In this document: piece after piece, positions 1-11,010 of the stretch
Position numbering within the stretch: position 1 is the first letter of the stretch
Layout of the letters: each line of letters begins with the position of its first letter
Origin: Octopus sinensis
Lineage: Eukaryota
Length of the DNA stretch: 64,000 nucleotides
Direction: 5' to 3'
Assembly: GCF_006345805.1 (NCBI RefSeq)
Contig: NC_043005.1
Coordinates: 57,412,001 to 57,476,000, forward strand
Made by a program: the position numbers and the translations under genes
The notes under the pieces: generated by a model
Seen by the model: only the letters and a program-made list of their open reading frames with translations
Told to the model about the DNA's origin: nothing
The model's database searches: none

Positions 1-59
1 TAGAAATGTAACTATTGCACCAATATTAGACAATCCTCATCATCATCATCATCACGAGA

Positions 60-290
60 TGATGAACTGGCAGAATTGTTAATTGTGTGGACAAAATGCT
101 TGGTGATATTTCTACTGACTGCTTACATTCTGACTTCAAATTCCACAGAGGTCAAATTTGCCTTTCATCCTTTTGTGGTTGATAAAATAAGTACCAGTCA
201 AGCGCTGGGGTTAATGAAATTGACTGACCCTCCCCCTCCCCCAAAGTTTCGGGTCTTGTGCTTAAAAGATTATCATTCTTTTCTACTTTA
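60..290 (+). mobile_element. tRNA-derived SINE family B (Nin/Deu-domain-like), degenerate
   Basis: ctggcagaattgtta head; gaggtcaaatttgcctttcatcc...gataaaataagtaccag central domain shared with many copies in the window. Confidence 0.7.
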
Positions 291-294
291 GGCA

Positions 295-480
295 CAAGGC
301 TTGAAATTTTTGGGGAAGGGGGTAGTCGATTAGATCGACCTCAGTACGCAACTGGTACTTGATTTATTGACCCTGAAAGGATGAAAGGCAAAGTCAATCT
401 CAGAATTTGAACTCAGTATGTAAAGACAGACAAAATACCACTAAGCATTTTGCCCGGCATACTAACGTTTCTGCCAGCTC
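295..480 (-). mobile_element. SINE family B copy
   Basis: Reverse complement of the family B body (ctggtactt...gaaaggatgaaaggcaaagtc...ctgccagctc). Confidence 0.7.
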
Positions 481-668
481 ACATCGTCGTCGTCGTCGTC
501 GTCATTCAAATTCTATGGAGATTAACTTCACTTTTCATCCTTCTGATCAGTTACCTCTCTTCCCCACACACACACCACTGCCACCAACAACAACAACAGC
601 ATCAGAATAATTCAGGCCTTGTGTGTATTTTATTTATCTTCGAAACCTTTATTATTATTATGAATGCC

Positions 669-1077
669 TGTGCTTAGGTGAAGTTAAAAAGCTTGCTTTG
701 CAACCATGTGAATTCGGGTTCAGTCTCACTGCATGGCACCTTGGGCAAGTGAAGTGTCTTCTACTGTAGCCCTGGACTAACCAATGCCTTGTAAGTGAAT
801 TTGATGGATGGAAACTGTGTGGAAGCCTATAGTGTGTGTGTGTGTCTATTTGTGTGTGTATCTGTCTCTTGTGCCACCACTTGACTACCAGCATTGGTTT
901 GTCTGTCCCCATAACCTAGCAGTTTAGCAAAAGAGATTGACAGAATAAGTACCAGTTTTCGGGGAAACAAAATGAAAAATCAAAAATACTGGTGTGAATT
1001 TGTTCAACTAAAACACTTTTAGATATTGCTCCAGTATGGCCATAGTCCACTTACTGGAACATGTAAAAAGATAAAAG
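669..1077 (+). mobile_element. tRNA-derived SINE family A (CORE-like domain, internal TA/TG microsatellite), decayed
   Basis: A/B-box-like head, ggcaccttgggcaagtg CORE-like segment, tail gctccagtatggccatagtc...aaaagataaaag. Confidence 0.7.
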
Positions 1078-1228
1078 ATCCTCATTATTATATGGCAGAA
1101 ATTGTGGGGCCCCTTACAATTTTTATAGGAGTGTTGACATTGTCAAGATTAGTTAAAATCACTTTTAGCAAACCAGTAAAACACTTGTCAGTTTCATAGT
1201 GCTACCACTGCTTACATCAGAGATTTGT

Positions 1229-2615
1229 GAGCTCCTCTACGCTGATGACCTTGCTCTAATTGCTGAGTCACTATCAGAACTAGAGAAGTTTCTGGTGTCG
1301 AAGCAAGGATTAGAATCGAAGGGCCTTAGAGTCAACCTAGCTAAAACCAAAGTCCTAATAAGTAGGAAGGTAGACAAGACACAAACGTCTTCAGGTAGAA
1401 AATCGATAAGATGCACCAAGTGTAAGCTATGGACACATAAGAGGTGCAGCAATGTCAAGGGAAGGCTAACTAGGAAGATAGTTTTTGTATATGGCAGATG
1501 CTCAGGAGCAATAAACACTGAAAATGCGCAGAGAGCAACTTCCGCCACATTCCAGGGAGAAAAACTAGAAATAGTTGATAGCTTCCGTTACCTAGGTGAC
1601 CAAGTCAGTAGCGGAGGCAGGTGTGTTGAAAGTGTAACTGCTAGAGTAAGAATAGCCTGGGAAAAGTTGAGAGAGCTCTTACCTCTGCTAGGGACAAAAG
1701 GCCTCTCGCTCAGAGTAAAAAGCAGACTGTATGACGCATGTGTACGAACAGCCATGCTACATGGCAGTGAAACATGGGCCGTGACTGCTGAGGATATGCG
1801 TAAGCTTGCAAGAAATGAAGCCAGTATGCTCCGATGGATATGTACTGTCAGTGTTCATACTCGACAGAGTGTAAGTACCTTGAGAGAGAAGTTGGACCTA
1901 AGAAGCATCAGTTGTGGTGTGCAAGAGAGACTTTTGCGCTGGTATGGTCATGTGGCGAGAATGGATGAAGATTGTTGTGTGAAAAAGTGCCACACCCTAG
2001 CGGTTGAGGGAACCTGTGGAAGAGGTAGACCCAGGAAAACCTGGGATGAGGTAGTGAAGCATGACCTTCAAACTTTAGGTCTCACCGAGGAAATGACTAG
2101 AGACCGAGACCTTTGGAAGTATGCTGTGCATGAGAAGACCCAGCAGGACAAGTGAGACCATAACCCATGGCCTCAGTCCACCTATGCATACCTTTCCTTC
2201 TTGGGACACAAAACCCTACTTGTGAAGACCTGTTGAGGCAAGTGAAATCAAAAGCTAAATTGATCAACATCAATGGAAATTGTAGCTATGATACCAGTGC
2301 CGGTGGCACATAAGAGAACCATCTAAATGTGGCCGTGCCAGCGACGCCCCAACTGGCTTCCGTGCTGGTGGCACGTAAAAAGCACCATCCGACCGTGGCT
2401 GTTTGCCAGCCTCGTCTGGCACCTGTGCCGGTGGAACGTAAAAAGCACCCACTACACTCATGGAGTGGTTGGCGTTAGGAAGGGCATCCAGCCGTAGAAA
2501 CATTGCCAGATCAGACTGGGCTTGGTGCAGCCTTCTGGCTTCCCAGACCCCAGTTGCACCGTCCAACCCATGCCAGCATGGAAAGCGGACACTAAACGAT
2601 GATGATGATGATGAT
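1229..2615 (+). mobile_element. 5'-truncated RTE LINE (RT motifs 5-7, C-terminus, 3' UTR, (GAT)n tail)
   Basis: ORF 1199-2155 has ELLYADDLALIA, FRYLGDQVS, RWYGHV, RGRPRKTW; highly similar to the C-terminal third of ORF 6871-10044; ends ctaaacgatgatgat. Confidence 0.93.
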
Positions 2616-4121
2616 GTTACTTACTGACGATGATGATTTGGGCATTAGGCTAATAGTTTTGACAGGAGGTGTTTGTTGATTGCATTGGCTGCCATATTGG
2701 ACTAATACTTCATTTTGTCAACCCAGGTAGAGGAAAGGCAAAGTTGATTTCAGTTGGATTTGAGCTTGGAAATGCTAAGATCCATAACTACATGCCACAA
2801 GGGATTTAGTCAAACACTTTAACTATTTTGCCAATTCATCACTCTTGGGAATTCAGTTGCTATGCCAGAAATCAGCATTGACTTAATGCTGTGTACCATT
2901 CTATTGGTTACATTTTAAGTATTCCATGATAGCTGAAATGAAAAGTAGAATAGCATAACTGTAACCCTTAGTATATTTAAGAAGAAAAAAATATTTAGTA
3001 TTGCCTCATGTTTGACAATAAGTGAATGTACATCATTCTATTGGTTGATTGTCGGTTATGTTATGTGACGATTATCGGTGCCAACTAATATTCTGTAGAT
3101 AAGGAAAGGAATGCTGACACTAAATAGGCTCTTCTTTGTTTAGCGGGTTTGTCGTGAATTTGCAGTAAATTTCTTTTCTGTTGAGTCTTGTATGTAGAAT
3201 ATTAATTTTTTTCTTTCTCTGTTTTGTTAACTGTTTTAAATACTGCAACTGCTTGGTATGCATCTGGCTGACAGTCTCTCTGGAAGACCATGATAAGTTT
3301 GTATGTAACAAGAAAACAACAATGAAAGAACAAAAAATAAAAGCTCAACATTCACAAGAAGTAGGATCAAGCAACATGTACCATGCTTTTCCTAATTAGG
3401 TGCCTGTGTAGTCACAAACATACACGGACGTCCTCTCTGTCCTCTTAATTCGGTGGAATGAGGGTGTGATAGCTGAAGAGCAAATGCTGCACCAGCACTA
3501 GGGCACAATGCACCACCCAGTCCAGGCATTGAACTAATGATCTTGTGCTTGTGAGTTCAACACCTTAACCAATAGGCCAAGTGACTCCATGATAGGTTTG
3601 TAGCACTTGATACAACGGGAATAAACTTTGAAAGGGTTTAAAGTAGAGATCATTTTAAAATGGTACAGGTTAAAGTTGAATTTTTATTTTTTTGAATGAT
3701 TTTGACTAATGAGAAAGAGCAGCTCCTATGACCATTTTCAAAGCTTCTGGAATTGGTGAAAGGAAGTTGCACTCAGACAAGAGACCTGATCCAAATTCTT
3801 GTGACAAAGGACATCACTGCTTAAGGTATACAAGGGCCTGATGTTGAATTAAAACAAGTGATGAATTTAGTCTCTCCCAAGAATAAAACCGGTTCCTTCA
3901 ACAGTCTTCCACCCAGTTTCCCTTTACTAAATTCTATCCAACTGGCATTGGTCACTGTGAAGCTACAGTAGGAAATACTTGCCTATGATTTCACTCTGTG
4001 GCATCAAACATGAAACCAGCTAGTTTTATTGCAAAGCAAACTTAACTATGCAGTCTTGCTGTTGTTGTTGTTGTTACAGATATAGGGTATTTATGAGTAC
4101 CTTATTTACCATATCATTCCT

Positions 4122-4305
4122 TTAACCATTTAGCATTCAGATTATTTTGTCAAATGAAATAATTATTTATTCACATTCATTTGAATTAGTCATGCATTTT
4201 CTACAAGATGACATGGTTGTTTATTTTTAGAATAATATTGTATGGTGAGAAGCCAGATCTGGCCAGTTTAAACATAAAACCTGTAGAATATTTTGGCCGA
4301 ATATG
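4122..4305. mobile_element. piggyBac-like MITE, partial decayed copy
   Basis: ttaaccatttagcattcagatt start matches the 36858-37078 element. Confidence 0.55.
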
Positions 4306-5148
4306 GTAATTTTTATAGTAATTTTTGCTTCATACATAACCTTAGACTTAGCATTCTGCAAGCTAACTAAATTACTCAAAAACATCTGCTCATTGCATCC
4401 GTTTAAAACTAAGTAAGCAGCTGTAGTGAGAGTCAATTGTCTCGGTCATAACTTATGTTTGTAGCCGGACATAAAGCAACTCTATTTGTTCATCAGTAGT
4501 TTTGTATTAAAAGCTAGAGATTATTGTTAGAGTATTGGACAAAATACTTTGCAGAATTTTATATATGACACTTAATTACCAGAGTTTAAGTGTCAACTTT
4601 GCTTATCATTCCTCCAAGATCAATAAAATAAAGGGCCATTACTGTACTAGGGTTGATTTAATTGACCAAATTTCTGCTTTGTGTCTGACTTACTAATTAT
4701 TATTGAGAATGGGGACTAATTTCACATCTCTTTTCTCCCCTTCCAAAAAATGATGGCTATTGTGCTTACGTTAGAAACCAGACTGGATTGCTAGAGCATT
4801 GAACAAAATACTTTGTAGTTATATATTTACGATGCTATATGATCTGAGTTCAAATACCACTAAGGGTGAATTTGCCTTTCATTCTTCTGAGATTGATAAA
4901 ATACCAGTACTATACTAGGGTGACAAAATCAGTTGGTTAGCAAGATAACTTACTGTATTTAGTCAGCTCTGTTTTAGTTACCACCATTCCCATATTTGTG
5001 TATAAAATTTCTTTTCCAGATTTTTAAAAGTTAGGGTTGTGCATTATATACGCCTGAGAATTTAATGTTAATTTATTTTAGTATTTGGTATGACATTTCT
5101 CATATTTGGTATTACATGAATGGAAGTTTATATATATATATATTTTCA

Positions 5149-5608
5149 GCTTCCGGCTTTCATATTCACAGCAAGTTGCAAAAACATTTTATCCCATTAT
5201 CTTTCGTACCTCATTCGTTACTATTGTTAAACGTCTGTACTCATACAATAACTGCTTCGTTTTTCCTATCTTTTCTCTACGAAATTTAACCCTTTAATCC
5301 TTCAATCCTTAATTTCCATCTTTTCCGCCATTCGTCTTCTTCTTTTCTTCTTCTTCTTCTTCTTAGTCGCCATTACGATTTACGGTTCCCAATTTTTAGA
5401 CTTCCTTTCTTCTCCAACAGCGGCTTCCGGCTTTCATATTCGCAGCAAGTTGCAAAAACATTTTATCCCATTATCTTTCGTACCTCATTCGTTACTATTG
5501 TTAAACGTCTGTACTCATACAATAACTGCTTCGTTTTTCCTATCTTTTCTCTACAAAATTTAACCCTTTAATCCTTCAATCCTTAATTTCCATCTTTTCC
5601 GCCATTCG
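5149..5608. repeat. Direct duplication of a 186-bp unit (5149-5334 and 5423-5608)
   Basis: Units identical except two CpG-type transitions (cac/cgc, acg/aca); 88-bp CT-rich spacer. Confidence 0.92.
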
Positions 5609-6128
5609 GCGGTGCCCCCGCCCTCCCACCCCCACCACCAATACCGGTGAACACTTCTCACCCCCACCACCAATACCGGTAAACACTTCTCACCACCAAT
5701 ACCGGTGAACACTTCTCACCATCTACACCGGATATGCCCTCCTCCCTCCTCCTCCCCCACCACCATTGCGTGTGTCTCTCCCTCCTACCCCTCCTTCACA
5801 TATGCTTTCACTGTGTACTACCCCTTCCCCCCACCAAGTCAAACTGCTAGTACCGCAGCTCATTAACTGCCCCACTGATCTTATGTTACCTCCTGTTTAG
5901 AATCTGGCACTGCCTCAATCCGACAATCTCCTTCCAGTCCCCCTCCCCGTCTCGTGATATCCTATGTTTTTATTTCTTCTGCACCAACCCTTTCCTTGTC
6001 ATCGTTCCTCCTTACCCAACCTTCCTCACTGGTGCTTCCCTTTATTACCTGCACCCCCCCCACTATCTCTCCCTCTCTTTCCACTGGTGGAACCTTTCTC
6101 AGCTAGACCCCCCCCAACTCAACTCTAG

Positions 6129-6368
6129 AAAAAGCTCGAACCGATCGTGACCGATGCCAGACCCCCCGGCCCCTGTGCAGGTGGCACGTAAAAAGCACCC
6201 AATCCACTCGCGGAGTGGTTGGCGTTAGGAAGGGCATCCAGCCGTAGAAACTCTGCCAGATCAGACTGGAGCCTGGAGAGGCCTCTGGCTTCCCAGACCC
6301 CGGTCAAACCGTCCAACCCATGCTAGCGCGGAAAACGGACGTTAAACGATGATGATGATGATGATGAT
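6129..6368 (+). mobile_element. RTE LINE 3' end with (GAT)n tail
   Basis: gctcgaaccgatcgtgac...gttaaacgatgatgat nearly identical to 10046-10284. Confidence 0.9.
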
Positions 6369-6818
6369 ATATATATAGACAATATTAAAAATAAAGATTA
6401 CTCTGAAGTAGCAATAGTATTATCTTTAATTCCATAATTATTTACTGCCTTTGAAGACCAACCTGTTTTAATTGCACTGATTAGTAATCATTGCAATTGC
6501 AACCGTACTATAAAATGGTGCACTGTTTTCAGGGTCTTAACTTGATATCCTTATGTATGTATGTATGTATGTATGTAAGTATGTATCCATGCATGCATGC
6601 ATACAGACAGACAGACAGAGGGTAAATGTCCAAAAGAGAATCCATAAAGGGTAAAGTCCAGTGGAGAAGTTCGTGTGTGGTAAGAAATGACAGGATCAAC
6701 TGGTGCGACCAAGTAAGAGTGTGATATATAGGGAGAGTTTACGAAAAGAACAAAAGACGAAGACAGGTGGTGTACAAAACAAACATGTATTAGTATAACG
6801 CTCAGGAATAGATAAAGT

Positions 6819-6854
6819 CTTTTACGTTTCGAGCCTTTGCTCTTCTACAGAAAG
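6819..6854 (-). ncRNA. Minimal type I hammerhead-like motif, core variant CUGUAGA
   Basis: Minus strand CUUU-CUGUAGA-A-GAGC(AAAG)GCUC-GAAA-C-GUA-AAAG; helices I and II pair perfectly, helix III is palindromic ACGU. Confidence 0.6.
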
Positions 6855-6870
6855 GGACACAGAAAAAAAC

Positions 6871-9800
6871 ATGCATGTATATATATCCCCCCGTCCCCCC
6901 CACATCTCCTTCCCAGTTTTCAGAGTTGGCACTATCAATGTTGGTACATTGACAGGCAAGTCTAGTGAGATTGTAGAGATGCTAGAGAGAAGACAGGTTG
7001 ATGTATGCTGCATACAAGAGGTAAGATGGAGAGATGCTTCGGCTAGGGTCCTCACGGGCAAGGCACTTAGGTACAAACTCTACTGGCAAGGTAACGCGGA
7101 AGGTGTAGGGGGTGTAGGCATTCTCCTTGCGGAGGAATGGGTGGATAAGGTCATAGAGGTTGTCAGGGTTTGTGATAGAGTGCTTAAGCTCAGGTTGGTC
7201 CTACAGGGTGGCACAGCTATGATTATCTCAGCCTATGCCCCACAAGCGGGACTACCAAATGATCAGAAGGACAACTTTTATGATACCCTTCTGCAGGCTA
7301 CTTCAAAGACTAGTAATAAGGACCTCATCTTTGAAGGTGGAGATTTTAATGGGCATGTTGGGCGGGAATCGGGTATCTTCACTGGGGTACATGGTGGCTA
7401 TGGTATTGGCACCAGAAATGATGAGGGAACTAGACTGCTGGAATTCTGTGATGCATGTAACCTTTCAATCTGCAACACTAACTTCAAGAAGCCAGTCTGC
7501 CACCTTATAACTTATCAGTCAGGAGACTCCGCTAGCCAAATAGACTTCATCCTCACCAGACAACGGGATGCAGGGTTGCTCTTGAATACAAAGACCCTCC
7601 CGGGTGAAGAATGTATCCCTCAGCATAGACTAATCATCAGTGACTTTAAGCTTGAGGCCAGAAGGACTCCAAGAAACAAACCAATCCAGAAAAGAAGGAT
7701 TTGGAGGCTAAAGAACCCTTCGCATGGTCAGAAATTTAGGGACATACTCATCAAGAAATTTGATGAGAGGGAGGAGGAGCTTCAGACGTCAGACATAGAA
7801 GGTAGCTGGGAATTCCTACGGGACAGCTTGTTGAGTGCCACAGACCAAGTCTGTGGATGGTGCAAAGTCCCTTCCAGACCTAGAATTACGTGGTGGTGGA
7901 ATAGTGCAGTAGATAAAGCCATCTGTGAAAAGAGACGGGCCTGGAAAGCCTGGAAGGATGGGGGCAGCAGGGAACTGTACCAGATAGCCAAAAGGGAGGC
8001 TGGGCGGCAGGTCTACATTGCCAAAGATGTAGCAGAAAAGAAGAAGTTTGCCAATGTCCAGCGTCGCGAGGATCAAAGAGCCGAAGTATTTCGGATTGCC
8101 AGACAGTGTGTCAGAGAAAATAGCGATGTTATAGGAGAGAAATGTGTCCGCATGGATGATGGGGCACTTGCTTTTACTACTAGTGAAAAGAAAGAGGCTT
8201 GGAGAAGCCATTATGAAAGACTGCTGAATGAGGAGAATGAATGGGAGGAGGAGAGCCTGCCAAATGTTGACCCAGTAGAGGGACCAGCTACCCGAATAGA
8301 CAGCTCCCTTGTAGATAAGGCAATTAAGGATATGAAACCAGGCAAAGCCCCTGGCCTATCAGGAATCACTGCTGAGATGCTTAAAACAGCTGGCTATGTG
8401 GGCTATGCCATAGTCACCCGCATTGTAAACCAGGTAGTTCACAATGGAGTCATACCGAATGACTGGTGCAGCAGCACCATAGTCAACTGCTACAAGGGTA
8501 AGGGTGATGCTCTAGATAGAAATAACTACAGAGGCATCAAACTGTTGGACCAGGTGATGAAGGTCTCAGAGAAGGTCATAACCAATCTCATTAGGGAGAG
8601 AATTTGTTTAGATGAAATGCAGTTCGGTTTTGTACCAGGTAGAAGCACCACTGATGCTATATTCCTGGTCCGACAACTGCAGGAGAAGTACCTAGCTAAA
8701 GATAAACCCCTCTACATAGCTTTTGTAGACTTGGAGAAAGCCTTTGACAGGGTTCCCCGTTCCCTTATCTGGTGGTCGATGCGGAAACTGGAGATTGAAG
8801 AATGGCTAATAAGGGCTGTACAGGCTCTATACAGAGAGGCTGTCAGCAAGGTTAGGATTGGCAACGAATATAGTGAAGAATTCCGGGTAGAAGTAGGTGT
8901 GCACCAGGGCTCAGCCCTCAGTCCCCTTTTATTCATCATAGTCCTTCAGGCAATAACAGAGGAATTCAAAACGGGATGCCCCTGGGAGCTCCTCTATGCC
9001 GATGACCTAGCTCTCATAGCAGAATCACTACCGGAACTAGAAGAGAAATTTCGGGTGTGGAAGCAAGGGTTGGAATCAAAGGGCCTTAGAATAAATGTAG
9101 CAAAGACCAAAGTATTAGTAAGCAACAAGAGGTACTCAGCACACATCCCCTCGGGTAGGTGGCCCTGCTCAACCTGTAGGAAAGGTACAGGTAGAAACTC
9201 CATAAGATGCACCCAATGTAAGTTATGGACACATAAGAGGTGCAGCAACATTAAAGGGAAATTAACAGATAAGATAGCTTTCATGTGCGGCAGATGCACA
9301 GGGACAATAGACACAACAGACACTCAGAAAACAGATTCCATCACACTCCAGGGAGAGAAACTAGAAGTAGTTGATAGTTTCCGCTACCTGGGTGACCAAG
9401 TTAGTAGCGGAGGTGGATGCACAGAGAGTATCACCACTAGAATACGAATAGCCTGGGCAAAGTTCAGAAAGCTCCTACCCCTACTGGCAACAAAAGGTCT
9501 CTCCCTCAGAGCAAAAGGTAGATTGTATGATGCATGTGTGCGAACTGCCATGCTTCACGGTAATGAAACATGGGCTGTGACTGCAGAAGACATGCGTAGA
9601 CTTGAAAGAAATGAAGCTAGCATGATCCGCTGGATGTGTAGTGTCAGTGTGCACGCAAAACAGAGTGTAAGTATCCTGAGAGAAATGCTGGATATAAGAA
9701 GCATCAGATGTGGTGTGCAAGAGCGACGCTTGCGATGGTATGGTCATGTGCTGCGGATGGATGAAGAGAGATGTGTGAAGAAGTGCCACTCCCAAACAGT

Positions 9801-10044
9801 TGAAGGTATCAGGGGGAGAGGTAGACCCAGGAAGACATGGGATGAGGTGGTCAAGCATGACCTCAGAACATTGGGCCTCACTGAGGCAATGGCGAAGGAC
9901 CGAGATCTCTGGAGATATGCTGTGACTACAAAGACCCGGGCTGCTTTCTGCAGCAATTCCACATACCCCCTACCCATTCTAAGTACCCCGGATCCCCAAA
10001 GTACCCTGGATCCCCAAAGTACCCCGATCCCCAAGACACGTTAA
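6871..10044 (+). CDS. RTE ORF2: AP endonuclease + reverse transcriptase with inserted PHD finger (true start codon uncertain)
   Basis: APE motifs GTINV, IQEVRW, SAYAP, GDFNGH, IDFIL, QHRL; RT motifs YRGIKLL, QFGF, FVDLEKAFD, GVHQGS.LSPLLF, YADD, RYLG; C4HC3 finger at 9166-9297. Confidence 0.92.
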   Translation: MHVYISPRPPHISFPVFRVGTINVGTLTGKSSEIVEMLERRQVDVCCIQEVRWRDASARVLTGKALRYKLYWQGNAEGVGGVGILLAEEWVDKVIEVVRVCDRVLKLRLVLQGGTAMIISAYAPQAGLPNDQKDNFYDTLLQATSKTSNKDLIFEGGDFNGHVGRESGIFTGVHGGYGIGTRNDEGTRLLEFCDACNLSICNTNFKKPVCHLITYQSGDSASQIDFILTRQRDAGLLLNTKTLPGEECIPQHRLIISDFKLEARRTPRNKPIQKRRIWRLKNPSHGQKFRDILIKKFDEREEELQTSDIEGSWEFLRDSLLSATDQVCGWCKVPSRPRITWWWNSAVDKAICEKRRAWKAWKDGGSRELYQIAKREAGRQVYIAKDVAEKKKFANVQRREDQRAEVFRIARQCVRENSDVIGEKCVRMDDGALAFTTSEKKEAWRSHYERLLNEENEWEEESLPNVDPVEGPATRIDSSLVDKAIKDMKPGKAPGLSGITAEMLKTAGYVGYAIVTRIVNQVVHNGVIPNDWCSSTIVNCYKGKGDALDRNNYRGIKLLDQVMKVSEKVITNLIRERICLDEMQFGFVPGRSTTDAIFLVRQLQEKYLAKDKPLYIAFVDLEKAFDRVPRSLIWWSMRKLEIEEWLIRAVQALYREAVSKVRIGNEYSEEFRVEVGVHQGSALSPLLFIIVLQAITEEFKTGCPWELLYADDLALIAESLPELEEKFRVWKQGLESKGLRINVAKTKVLVSNKRYSAHIPSGRWPCSTCRKGTGRNSIRCTQCKLWTHKRCSNIKGKLTDKIAFMCGRCTGTIDTTDTQKTDSITLQGEKLEVVDSFRYLGDQVSSGGGCTESITTRIRIAWAKFRKLLPLLATKGLSLRAKGRLYDACVRTAMLHGNETWAVTAEDMRRLERNEASMIRWMCSVSVHAKQSVSILREMLDIRSIRCGVQERRLRWYGHVLRMDEERCVKKCHSQTVEGIRGRGRPRKTWDEVVKHDLRTLGLTEAMAKDRDLWRYAVTTKTRAAFCSNSTYPLPILSTPDPQSTLDPQSTPIPKTR

Positions 10045-10284
10045 AATGCTCGAACCGATCGTGACGATGCCGGACCCTCCGGCCCCTGTGCAGGTGGCAC
10101 GTAAAAAGCACCCAATCCACTCACGGAGTGGTTGGCGTTAGGAAGGGCATCCAGCCGTAGAAACTCTGCCAGATTCAGACTGGAGCCTGGAGCGGCCCCT
10201 GGCTTCCCAGACCCGGTCGAACCGTCCAACCCGTGCTAGCGCGGAAAGCGGACGTTAAACGATGATGATGATGATGATGATGAT
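6887..10284 (+). mobile_element. RTE-clade LINE, near full-length coding region with 3' UTR and (GAT)n tail
   Basis: Single uninterrupted ORF with APE and RT; 3' UTR ends catgctagcgcggaaagcggacgttaaacgatgatgat. Confidence 0.95.
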
Positions 10285-10289
10285 ATACG

Positions 10290-10479
10290 TGCGGGTGGCA
10301 TGTAAAAAGCACCCACTACACTCACGGAGTGGTTGGCGTTAGGAAGGGCATCCAGCCGTAGAAACACTGCCAGATTTGACTGGGCCTGATGAAGCCTTCT
10401 GGCTTCACAGACCCCAGTAGAACCGTCCAACCCATGCTAGCATGGAAAATGGACGCTAAACGATGATGATGATGATGAT
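10290..10479 (+). mobile_element. RTE 3' terminal fragment in tandem behind the long copy
   Basis: gggtggcatgtaaaaagcaccc...gctaaacgatgatgat. Confidence 0.88.
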
Positions 10480-10609
10480 ATATATATTAAACTGTCGCCA
10501 TACTGGGGCACTGCCTTAAAGAATTTTAATTAAACAAATTGACCCAATAATTTTTCTTCAGTGTGATATTTATTCTATCAGTCCAGTTGTCAAGCAGTGA
10601 TGGCAGTGG

Positions 10610-10765
10610 GGTCAAACACACTTACATACACTCACACACACACACACACGACTGGCTTCTTATGGTTGACCCGAGGCTACTGTAGAAAGCTATTGCCCAA
10701 GATGCTAAGCAGTGGGACTGAACCTGGAACCATGTGGTTGGAAAGCAAACTTCTTACCACACAGC
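10610..10765 (-). mobile_element. SINE family A 5' half
   Basis: Reverse complement of head/CORE: gggactgaacctggaaccatgtggttgg...cttaccacacagc. Confidence 0.75.
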
Positions 10766-10839
10766 CTAATCCGGGAATTGAACTTAAAACCTCATGATTG
10801 CAAGCCCCAGACTCCTGTTATTAAATACACTTTGTGAAA

Positions 10840-11010
10840 CAGTTCTATATTTAAGAGATGAGGAATTATGTACATTAGTTACAGTTGACGGATATTTGTC
10901 CTCATCTTGTTTGTTGTTAACACGTTTCAGCTGATATACCCTCCAGCCTTCATCAGGTGTCTTGGGGAAATTTCGAACTTGGGTTTTCATTCTTAAAGTA
11001 TTTTTCGATG
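10840..11010 (-). mobile_element. Hammerhead-bearing short repeat, inverted copy A
   Basis: Reverse complement matches 11430-11573; contains ctgatgaaggctggagggtatatcagctgaaacgt. Confidence 0.8.
10917..10961 (-). ncRNA. Minimal type I hammerhead motif, degenerate copy
   Basis: GACAC-CUGAUGA-A-GGCUG(loop)CAGCU-GAAACGU-GUU; 3-nt deletion near the cleavage site relative to the 11474 copy. Confidence 0.55.

Noticed and set aside
6871-6886. ATG at 6871 as the real RTE start
   Set aside because: It lies in flanking atgcatgtatatatat sequence belonging to the neighbouring repeat; probably fortuitous
7235-10120. Short alternative-frame and antisense ORFs within the RTE
   Set aside because: Shadows of the main RTE ORF with no recognisable domains
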